From Prorocentrum cordatum (taxonomy: Eukaryota): 55,490 bases of DNA. A program made the position numbers and the translations under genes. The DNA is taken from NCBI GenBank assembly GCA_963575745.1, contig CAUYUJ010000154.1, positions 62,001 to 117,490 on the forward strand, written 5' to 3'. The notes beneath the pieces were generated by a model that saw nothing but the letters and a program-made list of their open reading frames with translations, had not been told where the DNA came from and searched no databases. Position 1 is the stretch's first letter, and every line of letters begins with the position of its first letter. This document shows positions 23,140-35,814 of this stretch, in pieces.

Positions 23140-25029
23140 CTGGCGAACGGCTCACATAACATCCATTCTCAACTTATTGAAAGAAACCAGTAATGTGCAT
23201 GTGGTAGACATGCGCGCAGCCGAACCAATTTGTGCACTGTCCTCCCTCCTCCACCTCTCATTTCTCCTTCGCCGTCGTCGTGTCCTGCGCATCCTCCTGA
23301 GGGAATGCTGCGTGGAACGAAATATGATATGTATGCGACTTCTGGAACAACTCTGCGCGCTCACTGAAGCTACTCCAAGGTCTGTACCAATTCTGGCGCC
23401 AAATCGTTGCATTGACGACTTGTCACTGACGGAAACGGACAATGATGGTATGAAGCTGCCTCAGGCACATCTGCGCCATGACTACAGAGGGGCGCTTGTC
23501 TGCATGAGATTCCCTGTTCGACAGTACTCAACAAAGGTGATGAGCTGTTCGTGCCTCCTCTCCGCGCAATGGGTACAGTGACCGCTCCACTCCAGGCAGA
23601 TACACGCCATCGTCCACAACTCTACGTGTGACATAACCCTGAGCAGACCTGAGAAGTGACTTACGCAACCTCCTACCCACAGTGCCTCGCGAATACCAAG
23701 TACAGGAGCGTACGCAAGCGCATCTCCAACGCTAAGAGACAACGTCGGGCACACGTGGAACTGGCCCTCGCATGCTTGTGTTTCGGGTTCATGAGAGCAT
23801 ACGTGACACCCGGCGCTGTCCGATTTGGGCATGACGTGGACCGAATTTGGAACACACTTGGACTAGATTTTGACCAGATTTGGACCAGACACGCTCCATC
23901 ACGAGGGAGACGTTGGCGATGCATCGGCGCCATCGGGTGGTGAAACTCTGGCTCCACATCGAGCCGCATCGTCGATGCGGCGCGATCCTCCGACCCCAAC
24001 TGGGAGGCCTAAATCCCATGAACAGACATCGAACACGTTGAGCGCCACGCGCTCCCGTGGCCGCGCAGCAGCCGCGCCCCGAACAGTCAAGCAAGAGCAC
24101 GAGGTCACACGGAGACCGCGCGACGCAGCTCTGGACGGGCAACTCCGTGGAAACGTCACCGGTCCGCCCAAGTTGGACGGGGAACAGATTTCGGGAGCGG
24201 CCAAGAGGGGGGGTCCAAGATGGGGGGGTGCAAATCCGCCGATCCGGCGTGTGAGTTTCTGAGAGCGTGGGCTTGAGCTCGCTCAAGTTTCGCTCTGCAA
24301 GGGAAGGGGGGCAACGCAAACGACGAAAGAATTGACACGCAAGGCCTCCCCAATGCCGGGACCGCCACCCCCCCCCTGCACCTTCCTCTCCGGCGCCCCC
24401 CCCCCCTCTCTTCCTGCACCCCCCCCATTCCCCTGCAATCCCCTCTCCGCCCACCCCCCCTGTTCCTTCCTGGACCCCCCCCGCCTCTGCACCTTCTCTT
24501 TCCCCCAGCTCCCCCCCCTTCACTGCGCCCTGGACAGGAGAGAGGGGGGGGGGGAAGGCTGAGGGAAAGGTAGAGAGTGGGGGGGGGGGGGGGGGGAACA
24601 GGGGAGAGAGGGGGGGGGACAGGAGAGAGGAAGGGGGGGGGGGGGACAGGAGAGATGGGGGGACGAGGGGGGGAAGGGGGGGCGACAGGAGAGCAGTGGG
24701 GGGAGGGGACAGGAGAGTAGGGGGAGGGAAAAGGAGAGAGGGGGGGGGACAGGAGAGAGAGGGTTGGGGGGGGGGAAAGGGATGAGAGTGGGGGGGGACA
24801 GGAGAGGGGGGGGGGACAGGACAGGAGAGCCTGCGCGGAGACCGGATGAGAGGGGGGGGGGGACCGTCCTGGAGCTGGGATATAAAAGGAAGGGGGTGGA
24901 GGGACAGGAGAGAGGGGGGGGGGACAGGAGAGAGGGGGGAGGGGGAGGGCAAAGGAGAGAGGAGGGGAGAGACAGGAGAAAACGGGGGGGGGGCAAGAGA
25001 GAGGAGGGGGGGTTGGGGGGAGCCGAGAT

Positions 25030-25373
25030 CATGACAATCACCATCACCATCACCATCGTCACATCACCACCATCATCATCATCATCATCATCATCATCAC
25101 CACCATCACCAGCATCATCATCATCGTCATCATCACCATCATAATCATCATCACCATCATCATCGTCATCATCATCATCACCATCACCAGCATCACCATC
25201 ATCACCATCATTATCATCATCACCATCATCATCATCCTCATCATCACCTTCATTATTACCATCATGATCATTATCATCATCATCTTCACCAGCATCATCA
25301 CCATCATCATCATCATCGTCGTCATCATCATCACCAGTTTCACCATCATCGTCAACATCATCATCATTACCAG

Positions 25374-25412
<39 letters not shown>

Positions 25413-25569
25413 TATCATCATCATCATCGTCATCGTCATCGTCATCATCAGCATCATCATTGTCAGTTTCATCATCAGCATCATCATCATCATCACCAGC
25501 ATCAGCATCATCATCGTCATCGTCATCGTCATCGTCATCAACGCCATCGTCATTATCAGCATCAGCATC

Positions 25570-25601
<32 letters not shown>

Positions 25602-25816
25602 AATCAGTTCCATCATCAGCATCGTCATCATCATCATCATCACAAGCATCATCATCATCATCATCATCATCGTCATCATCATCAGCATCATCATAATGTT
25701 CATCATCATCATCATCATCACCAGCTTCAGCATCATCGTCATCAACATTATCATCATCAGCAGCATCATCATCATTAGCATCATCATCAGTATCATCATC
25801 ATCGTCATCATCATCA

Positions 25817-25875
<59 letters not shown>

Positions 25876-25881
25876 TTCAGT

Positions 25882-25925
<44 letters not shown>

Positions 25926-26482
25926 GTTCACCATCATCATCATCATCAGTTTCATCATCATTATCATCATCATTATCATCATCGTCATCCTCGTCATCCT
26001 CATCATCACCAGCATCATCATCATCATCATCGTCATCGTCATCATCATCATCATCCTAATCATCATCACCAGCATCATCATCATCACCATCAGCATCAGC
26101 ATCAGCATCACCATCACCATCAGCATCAGCATCAGCATCAGCATCAGCATCAGCATCAGCATCAGCATCAGCATCAGCATCAGCATCAGCATCAGCATCA
26201 GCATCAGCATCAGCATTCAGCATCAGCATCAGCATCAGCATCCAGAATCAGCATCAGAAGCAGCATCAGCATCAGCATCAGCAGCAGCATCAGCATCAGC
26301 ATCATCATCATCTCATCATCATCACCACCACCACCACCACCACCACCACCACCACCACCACCACCACCACCACCACCACACCACCACCACCACCATATCA
26401 CACATCATAATCATCATCTCATCAATCATCATCATCATCACATCATCACATCATATCAATCATCATCATCTATCCTCATCTC

Positions 26483-26541
<59 letters not shown>

Positions 26542-26547
26542 TCATCC

Positions 26548-26579
<32 letters not shown>

Positions 26580-26585
26580 ATCATC
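25030..26585. repeat. (CAT)n / (CAGCAT)n / (CAC)n microsatellite; older related tract at about 37195-37680
   Basis: Seen directly. Confidence 0.97.
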
Positions 26586-27984
26586 TGGCGGCACTGGCCG
26601 GAGGGCACTACAATGGTGCAAATCATGATGGCGGCATGTGCGCGGCCAGCGGGGGGCCGGAAGCAATGAAAAAGAGGGAGGCCGCCATGCATATGTGGAA
26701 AGATCCGGGCACCGCAGATGCTATCCACCCCCCAACACGCGAAGATTCAGGACAACGCCAGGGAGCGCATCCAAGAGGAGGAGGAGGAGGAGGAGGCAGG
26801 AGGCGGAGGAGGACGAGGGGAAGGAGAAGGAGGAGGAGGAGGACGGGAGGGAGGGAGGGAGCGGCGGAGGGGAGGGAGGGAGGGAGGGCGGGAGAGGAAG
26901 AGGAGGAGGAGGAGGAGGAGGAGGAGGAGGAGGAGGAGGAGCAGCAGCTCGGCTCTGGGCTCCCGCGTGCGCCACCGCACGGCCCTGGGCGGGGCTGCCG
27001 GTAGGGCCCCTATGCCCGCGACGCCATGGCAGTCGGGTGCCGAGGCGCTCCCCACTGAGACGCCATCCCTCGGGGATCTGGAGGAGGAGGAGGAGGAGGA
27101 GGGGGAGGAGGAGGAGGAGGAGGAGGAGGAGGAGGAGGAGGAGGAGGAGGGGGGAGGAGGGGGAGGAGGGGTAGAGGAGGAGGAGGAGGAGGAGGAGGAG
27201 GAGGAGGAGGAGGAGGACAAGGGAGGAGGAGGAGGAGGAGGAGGAGAGGAGGAGGAGGAGGGGGGGGAGGGGGAGGGGGAGGAGGGGGAAGAGGATTCGC
27301 CTGGAGGCAGGGCCGCCCGTCGGTGCCTCGTGAGGAGGAGGAGGGGGATCCAAACCTGGGTCAAACGGGCCTTGCAACATCCTGCAGGTCCCTGAACCCA
27401 AACACGGGTCGGTGCGCCCCTGGCCCTGCAGGATCCTGCAAGATCCGGCGCTCTGGCTGACCCCCGCTTGCACTGATCCCCGCCTCTCGAGTCCCGACCC
27501 CCCCCTCGAACGTTGCCCCCAGGTGTTCGGACCGTAGCCCAGCTCTCCGACGGCCGTAGGAGGAGGAGGAGCGAAGGAGGAGGAGGAGGAGGAGGAGGAG
27601 GAGGAGGAGGAGGAGGAGGGGGAGGAGGAGGAGGAGGAGGAGGAGGGGGAGGAGGGGGAGGAGGGGCACCTCAACGAACGCTCCCGCCGAGACGCAGCTG
27701 CGGGGAGAGCCTCCCGAGGCCGGAGAGCACCGCCGAGAACCAGAGGTGCACCAAATGCACCCGCAGGCGAGGCACTCGGAGGTGAGCGCTTGCCGACCGG
27801 GGCAGCGCACGTCCGAGCGTCGCAGCGGAGGCCGCACCCGAGAGCGACCGCCGCCGCCGCGAGCGGAAAAGCGGCGGCTCGACGGAGGCGATACGCCGAG
27901 GGTGCCACCGGCGCCGCCGCGAGGGAGAGCAGCACCGCGCCGCGGCGGGGGCACGCGAGGCAGACACGGCGGAGGGGGCGGAGC

Positions 27985-28024
27985 CCGAGACGTCGTAGAG
28001 GAGGTCGCGCACGTCGCCCAGGCC
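27985..28024 (-). CDS. Host gene micro-exon C (GLGDVRDLLYDVSG)
   Basis: GAG|G acceptor and G|GC donor; 40 nt; all codons end in G or C. Joins exon D to give DLLYDVSGSHPVT. Confidence 0.7.
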
Positions 28025-29311
28025 CTCCCGTGCACCCACTGGTCTGTCGCTGGAGTGGGAATGGGATCGAGGGAGAAGTCATGCCAACTCAGGCTGCGTG
28101 GAGCTCGGAGCCCTGGGCCTCGGACACCCGCTGAGACAATTCAAGAACGCACGCCTCCTCCTGGAGATGTGCACGGGATGGTGGGTTATGTTGCATGTTT
28201 AGGGGGCCTCATCTGTCCCGTAGCGCCAACCATGACAGTCGCACCCGTGTCGAACCCGTGCCAAATCCGTGTCGAGTCCACGCCAGATCTGCGTCGACTC
28301 CACATCGAGCCCACGTCGGGCGCAGGGAAAGCTACACATGCTTGGGACCGCTGAGGTCCCCCGAGCATGCAAGGTAAGGTGTGCCGAGGAAGCAAAAAGG
28401 GGGGGCCCAGACTCCCTCGGGTCATGAAACCATCATGGCCGGATGCTCTCCCTGATGTTCGGCCTCCAAAGGCCCTCACCGATCCTTGGGACAGTCAAGC
28501 AACGACTCGGGATGAAAAGCTGGCTCGGGAGAGCGAGTCCCGATCGCTGGGGGTTCACGAAATGGAACAAACACGGCGCTGGGGGAGGAGGAACAGGGGG
28601 TCAAACATGAGGAACCCAGGGTTGGGATTTACATGTATTCGCCACCAGGGAAACCGAGCTTCTTTGACCCTGGGTGGCGATGGATATGTACACTATGTGT
28701 GTATCAATGTGTACATATGTAACTATATGTACAATTGTCAGGGCGTGGGTTGTTTTCCTCCATCGAGTAATCCCAGGGAGAGGAGACTGGGTGAGCCTTC
28801 GTGGCAGCCTGTGGGCGTCCGCGGCCTTATCCTAAACGTGATTTCGACCGGACCACGTCCAAATGTCAGATTTCGTCCAGATGTTGTCAGATGTCGTCCA
28901 AACTTCGTCCAAACGTCGACTACATCAGACGCAATCCAGACGAACTCCCCCAAACCGCAAGGAATGCTGGGACCTTCTGAGGCTCCCATGAAGGACCACA
29001 CAATATATGGTCTCAGCCAGGCCAGCGCTGCGTTCCGAGCGAGCTGCATGAAGGCCAACGGGGCAGCCCGAGCAATGACCTGACAAATCAGCCGTCATCC
29101 GGGAAGCAACAACCGCATCAATGACGCGCCGCCATGGGGAACTCACCAGCGTTGGTACGCACTGCCGAAAAACAGCAACAATCTTCGGAACACCTCGAAC
29201 AAGTAAAACGCGAATGGGTTACCAGCGGCAGCGCGTTCCATTTGTACTCTCTCTACTCCCTCTCTCGTTGATACTCCAGACCCCTCTGTCCTTGATACGC
29301 TCCATTTCTTT

Positions 29312-29405
29312 GAGAGAGCGTGATCCACCGCCGCTTTACTGTGGAAAATTGCCCCCCTCTTGCTCTGGAACCCAGGGTTTTCCCCTCCCCCACCCTCCGG
29401 AAAAT

Positions 29406-29442
<37 letters not shown>

Positions 29443-29488
29443 ACCCCCCCCCCACCCCCCCCCCCCCACCCCCCCCCGGTCCCCCACC

Positions 29489-29545
<57 letters not shown>

Positions 29546-30499
29546 CCCTCGAAAGCAGGGGGGGGTCACTACCGGTTCGACCCCAACCCCCCCCCACTGG
29601 AAAACTGAAGGGGTCACTACCGGTTCGAACCCCCCCCCACCTCCCCCACTCACCGCCAGCAAACGACTCCCGGTCCCTACCACTGGCCGCACCACATCCC
29701 CCACTGTTGTTCCCAGCGCCACTGTCCTCACCACCTCTATCCCCACTGGTTCCGCCACCGTCCCTACTGTCCCAACCAGTGCCCCCACCACTGTCGCACT
29801 GTCCCCACTGTCCCCACACTGTTCCCACCACGGTTCCACTCTCCCCACTTTCTCCACGGACCCAACCACTGCCCGACTATCCCCACTGCCCCCACTGTCC
29901 CACTGACTCTTCCGCTGCCCCACTGAGTTGTCCCACTGTTCCCACCACTGTCCCCACCACTGTCACCACTGCACCTGTGTCCCATTGTCCCGCCGCCGTC
30001 CTCGCCACCGCCTTCACCACTGTCCCCACCACCACTGTACCCTCCACTGTCCCACTGTTTCCACCTCATTCCCAGTCCCCACACCACTGTCCCCACCACC
30101 ACCGTCCCCACCACTGTCCACTGTCCCCACTGTTCCCGCCATTGTCCTCACCACTGTCCCCACCACTACCGTCCCCACCACTGTCCCACTGTCCCCACCA
30201 CTGTTCCGCTGTCCCCTCACCACTGTCCCCACCACCACAGTCCCCACCACTGTCCGCCCCCCCCCTCGGTTTTGAAGGGGGGGGGGGTTCGAACCGGTAG
30301 TGACCCCCCCCCCAGTTTTCGAGGGGGGAGGGGGGGGTCGGTTCGAACTGGTATTGACCCCCCCCCTTTTCATGATGAGCGGGGGAGGGGGAGAGGTTCG
30401 AACCGGTAGTGACCCCCCAGGTTTTCCGGAGGGGGAGTGGTTCGAACCAGTAGTGACCCCCCCCGGTTTTCCGCCAGCAGCGGTAGAACACGCTCTTTC
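29312..30499. mobile_element. TIR element with 8-bp target duplication ATTTCTTT (hAT-like); shorter copy at 44002-44414
   Basis: GA(G/A)AGAGCGTG / CACGCTCTTTC termini; duplication at 29304-29311 and 30500-30507; subterminal ACCGGTTCGAACCCC motifs in both orientations. Confidence 0.75.
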
Positions 30500-30999
30500 A
30501 TTTCTTTACGATTTCGGGTAGTGTTCGCTACCCTCTGGGCACCTCGGGTGGGATCCGAATAGACGTCGTCGGCGCATCGCGCCGCATTGGCGATGCCTCG
30601 GCGATGCGGCGCGGGTGTGGGGCCCAATTCTCTCCAAGCCGCTGCCGCCGATGCATCGCCAACCTCGCCAATGCATCAGCAATGGGGACAAATCATCCGA
30701 CACCATCTGATAACTCGAACTCGAATTCGTATGCCTCCAAGCAGTGACCCGGGTCGGTACTCGGGCCTCCCAGGCAACACTTTGGTGGGCCCTGGAATCA
30801 ACACAGCCATGTTTGTTACCGGTTCCGTGTTGCCGTTTGTTTGCCGCTTCCGTCGCCGTTTTTGTTGCTGGATCCATCGCCGTGATTTTGGGGTCCAAAT
30901 TCCGGCTCCAATCCGGGAGCCGATTCTACGCCGTTTCTGGTAGCAGTTTGTTTGCCGTTTCCATGTTCAAGAGACGTTGTTTCGAAAACGGTGGAAAAA

Positions 31000-31032
<33 letters not shown>

Positions 31033-31676
31033 GGCCCTGCCGTCCCCAGGGGACACTAACAAGGGCAGCGCCCGAAGGACCAGTCGTTATTCTTGGATCG
31101 CCGCGGGGGATGCTAAGGGGATAAGGGGATACAAGTGGATGCGAAGGTAGGTTCGATCCAGCCTAACCCAGCTTCGAAGTGGGCTGCACGTGCCCTAATT
31201 GGCTTAAAAGGCGCACAGCTATGTGCTCAGTCGTGGGCGGAGCCCACCCAGCAGAGCTAGCCCTCGCCATCCTAAGCCACACATGGCACTTGTAACCTCC
31301 CAGGCAAACCCCCCGAGGCGCGGCGTCGACACCCCTGTCCTCCCAGGGGGGCTTAAGAATAACACCGGGACCTCGACATCTGAATTAAAGGGAAATTAGG
31401 ACACACAAATAAATACACACAAATAAAAATAGTCCCCATATTTTCCCATATTTCCTGGGTTTTTGTCTTCCCCCCCAATTCCCATATTTTCCCATATTTT
31501 CTGGGAATCGCGGATTAATTGTGTCTGTGTGTGTTTTTCCCCTCCTGAATGTTTTAACACTCTGGAAGGTCAGGGACGAGGCTCCGCTCGGCCTCCGGCC
31601 CCATCGCCGACGATGCTCGTGCGATGCTACACCGCGGGCAACTTGGCCCGAAAAGCCTGTGCGGGGCGCCTCACGT

Positions 31677-31905
31677 TGGGCGCCCGAGTTATCCGGGGTA
31701 ACTCGGGTCAGGGGTAACTCGGGTTTAGATTCCCGAAAAAGGAACCCGAGTTATCCCTGACCCGAGCTACCCCTGATGATTCGGGGCTCTGGACGCCCGA
31801 GTTATCCGGGGTAACTCGGGTCCGGGATAGCTCGGGTTTGGATTCCCGGAAAACGAACCCGAGTTATCCCTGACCCGAGTTACCCCTGATGATTCGGGGC
31901 TCTGG
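31677..31905. repeat. Tandem dimer of an about 114-bp palindromic GGGTAACTCGGG / CCCGAGTTACCC unit (also 39522-39750)
   Basis: Both loci are dimers with the same structure. Confidence 0.85.
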
Positions 31906-34072
31906 TCACGTAGCCTCTTTTTTTTGTTCGCCAGAGACTCGAACCAGAGCAAAGGCCGTAATTTCAACGTGGGTGCTAAATCTAATACGAAACAAGAACC
32001 GCGACATCGTCGGACCGGGACAAGTCGGGGATCTCTGTGGAGCCGCGGTTCTGGAGGATGCATCGGGCGTCGCCCCCGTTCCAGAACGCGCTAAGAGCGT
32101 CCCAGAACGCTCTGGAGCAACTCATCCCAGTCCTGGTCCCGCCCGCGATCCTGAACTCAATCATCACAAAGTGGCGGGCTCCATTTGGCCCTGGGTGGCA
32201 CCGAATCCAAGATGACCGACGCAAAGGCCTGCAATACTTCCCGCTCGGGCATGATGGTCCCCGTGAGCGCTGGCCCCGCGGCCTCCGCTCCCCGCCGTGG
32301 CTCTTCGCTGCCCCCCCCAGACCCCCGACGTCGCGCTTGTTCCCCAACGTCGACCCGCAAAAGTCTGGGCCCCTTCCCCGGTGCGGGTCTCTTTGTGCGG
32401 CGACGGGGGAGCGAAGAAAGCCTCCGAACGTTCAAGGCAAGCTGCGATGGACCAGACCACGCCGGGCGTCCCCGCCGCCCCGACCGACACAGAAGCCTCG
32501 GCCGACATGTCGGAAACGCCTCAAAAAAACAGCAGCGCTCGTCGCTGCAGCGGCCCGGTACGGGCGTTTCCTCCCGAGTCGTTTCGCTGACTGTCCGGGG
32601 GCCCGACCCAGGCCCCTGGAGGCCGAAAGTAGCGAAGCACCTCCCGTTGTGCTTTCTGCCACAGCGCGAGGCTGGCCATCGCTCGGACGCCCATTTCCTG
32701 TGTTTTTGTTTTTTTGTTTCGTGCGTGGTTTTTTCGCCGAATGGTCGAGGATGCTCCTCGAAGGTCCTCGCCGAGAAAAAAAAAGGCAAACATCCGAGCG
32801 ATGCCAGGGAAGCGATCTGGCACCCCAAGGCCTCAGCTCATTGCCCCTCCCTCGCTCGGCAGCGCACCAGCGTTGACCCGGGGGGGGGGGGGGGGGGGAA
32901 ACGGTCCTGGTGGGGTAGCGGGTCTTGGACCCTCCCTGTGATCCTAACCGGATAAAGGGGCGATAATACCCCCCCTGGGATGATAAAGCTCGCGGTTCCC
33001 CCGAGGATAATTAAGGGTTTTCCCGGGGAATTTGTTTTGAGCTCCACACTCTGTCCGAATTCCCGGGGAAGGAGGAGAAGAAGGAGGAGGAGCAGGAGGA
33101 GGAGGAGGAGGAGCAAGAGGAGGAGAAGCAGGAGGAGGAGGAGGAGGAGGATTGGCCATTTTGGTAGGGATCAGCACTCGGCGAGTGCTGATCCATACCC
33201 AAACGTCGTTCTGACGTTTACTCCATAGTTGTAACTAGTGCATCCCATGACCCTGCCGCACGGTCGTAACGTGGGCAAACTGAACTGGTGAGAATCCCAC
33301 AGCCCTGCCACACGCTCGAGACCATCATGGCCATGCTCGGCGTTTTTGATGCGGTTGCTAATCAACATGATGTGATAGCATATTCGATCCCCGCAACTTT
33401 CCACGTGATTATCAAGTTCGACCCCCGCGCCTCCCCCACAGATAAATCCCTGTGGGCGGGGATTAAAAAATAGAGGGGGGAAAGGGGGGGGCACCTTTAT
33501 TATCACCCCTTCGGGGTTACCTGGCCCAGGCGTTTCGGCCTGATTCTGCGGCAACTCATGGGAGCCTCTGATGCTATCTTCTGGGGGGACGAAAGGGTAG
33601 GATAGCAAAGGGTGGGGTAGAGGATCAGCTCACGTAGCTGGTTTTCCTGGCGCCTCCGGGCGCCGGGAGGTGCCCGTGTATCGAGGAATGGGCCCGGCGG
33701 CGAGGCCGAAACCGCCTGCATGCAGCAGATTTCGTCACCCCCCTTTCCTTATCCTAATCATTCGTCCCCCGACATCTTGGTAGCTCTGGCGAATCGACGC
33801 TAAACGACACTAATCGACGATCATCGGCGGTGGATCGACGCTAATCGACGCCAATCGAAGCTCATCGGCGATCGATCGACGCTTCTCGACGCTACATCGG
33901 AGTTGCCAGTCGACCAGCAGACGCTGATCGACGCCAGGGCACTCTCGAAGTGAAACCCCAAGGGTAATTATGCGAGGCTCCCATGCTTTGCTGGCGGAAC
34001 TGGAGTTGCTACTTGACGGCCCGGGAGTGCCTGGGAAGGATCACTGGAGCCCGAAGATGGCGCGAAACCCTC

Positions 34073-34246
34073 GCTAGAGGCCTCCTAGATGGGTCCGAGT
34101 AGATCTTGTCGGAGGATCGCGCCACGTCGAGCCGCCAATGCATCGGCGACGTCGACGTGAGGCCAAATCGATCTCCACGTCGAGCCGCATCGGCGATGCA
34201 TCGGCGATGCGGCGCGATCCCCCGACCCCATCTACTCCGACCCCAT
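34073..34246. mobile_element. Palindromic MITE family GGGTCCGAGTAGAT...GCATCGGCGATGC (also 672-862; partial copies at about 23910 and 30545)
   Basis: Long inverted arms and multiple copies. Confidence 0.7.
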
Positions 34247-35619
34247 CAGAGAAAGCCCACTGTAGCATCCGCTTCTACCCCCCCCATCCCGACGGCAACC
34301 ATAGCGGCGATCCAAGTGGGACACCCCCTCACCAGCTCGTGGGCCCTCTCGGCTCTGGCAAGCTGAAGCAATATCGGTGACGAGCCGCGGGGAGCCACCA
34401 GTCAGCTCGATGCCCCCCCCACCCCTCCCCAAACTGCGTCGTCCACGGATTATTTTGATCTGGTGCTGGACAAGCACGTGCGGGAGGAGGGAACGCGAGG
34501 GAGTGCGGAGAGGAGAGGAGGCGCGGGGCCAATGTGCTGGCACGGCACGGGATTGCTCACAGACTGGGTCTGGGAAGGAAGGACATGCAAGGGATGAGGG
34601 GTGAGGGTTGATGGGGTGGGAGATGAGGCTGAGGGGCCGAGGGGTGGGAGGTGCAGGAGATGAGGCGGACGGGGATGAAGAGGGATGACACCATAAGGAG
34701 GCGTTGCAGGAGCAGGGGCGGGGGGACAGATGGAAAGGGGGAGGGGGCCGGGGTGGAGAGAGGGGGAGGAGGGGAACCCGACCCCTCACTGCTCCCTCCC
34801 TCCCTCTCTGGTACCGTCCCCCACTCACCCCAGAACTCTCATACACTCCCTCTCACCTCATATCCGAAGAACCCTCATAAAACCTCCTCTCCTAACCCGC
34901 CTGTCGTCTCTCCTCTCGCCTCCTCCCCCAAGAACCCTCAGAGAACCCGCGGGAGCCCCCAGCACAACTTGCAGGGCCCCGCCCCCCCCACCGCGGGGCC
35001 CGCTCCTCCCCCCACATCCTCGGCCTGCTCCATCCTTTGCTGCCACCTCCCCCTTGAGAGCCCCCCGTCCACTTAGGGTTGTGGATGCCACGAGAATGGA
35101 CACCATGTCGGAAAATGTTCCAAACATGTCTCAAACATGTTTTTGGCATGTAGAGAACATGTTTCAACATGCTTTAGGCATCTGGAATGTATTTGGCAAC
35201 ATGTTTCCCTCCATTGACCGCCCTCCACAAACTTCGGGGCTCTGACCTGCCACCCTTGAACAACCTGCTCGGTCCGTAGAGAGGAGGAGGAGGAGGAGGA
35301 GGAGGAGGAGGAGGAGGAGGAGGAGGAGCAGGAGGAGGAGGAGGAGGGGGAGGAGGGGGGGAGAAGGAGGAGGAGGAGGAGGAGGAGGAGGAGGAGGTAG
35401 GAGGAGGAGGAGGAGGAGGGAGGAGGAGGGGGGAGGGGAGGAGAAGGAGGAGGAGGGGGAGGGGGAGGAGGAGGAGGAGGAGGAGTCGCCTGGAGGCAAG
35501 GCCGCCCCTCGGCGACCCGTGGGCGCCCCCAAAAAAGCGCTGGCCGGGTCCGCCGAGGTCGGTGCCCGCCCGTGGAACGCCCCGTGGGCGCAGACTGCAC
35601 CACGCAGCTTGCACCACAC

Positions 35620-35814
35620 TCGGGTCGGGCGAAAGGGGGGGATAGCAAAGGGGGGTTTGAGAATCAGCTCACGTAGCTGATTTTCCCGGCGCCTCCCGGC
35701 GCCGGGAGGCGCCCATGTATCGAGGAATGGGCCCCTCGGTGAGGCCGAAATCAGCTGCATGCAGCAAATTTCGTAACCCCCCCTTTCCCAATCCCCCCCT
35801 TTCGCCCGGCCCGA
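35620..35814. mobile_element. MITE family TCGGG..GGCGAAAGGGG (also 33581-33772 and 40535-40731)
   Basis: Three alignable copies share GATCAGCTCACGTAGCTG; inverted termini. Confidence 0.8.

Noticed and set aside
24140..24175. GPVTF as the HPVT exon
   Set aside because: It lacks the His and splice sites; 23090-23139 fits far better.
25059..26628. Poly-Met, poly-Ile and poly-His ORFs
   Set aside because: They are translations of (CAT)n.
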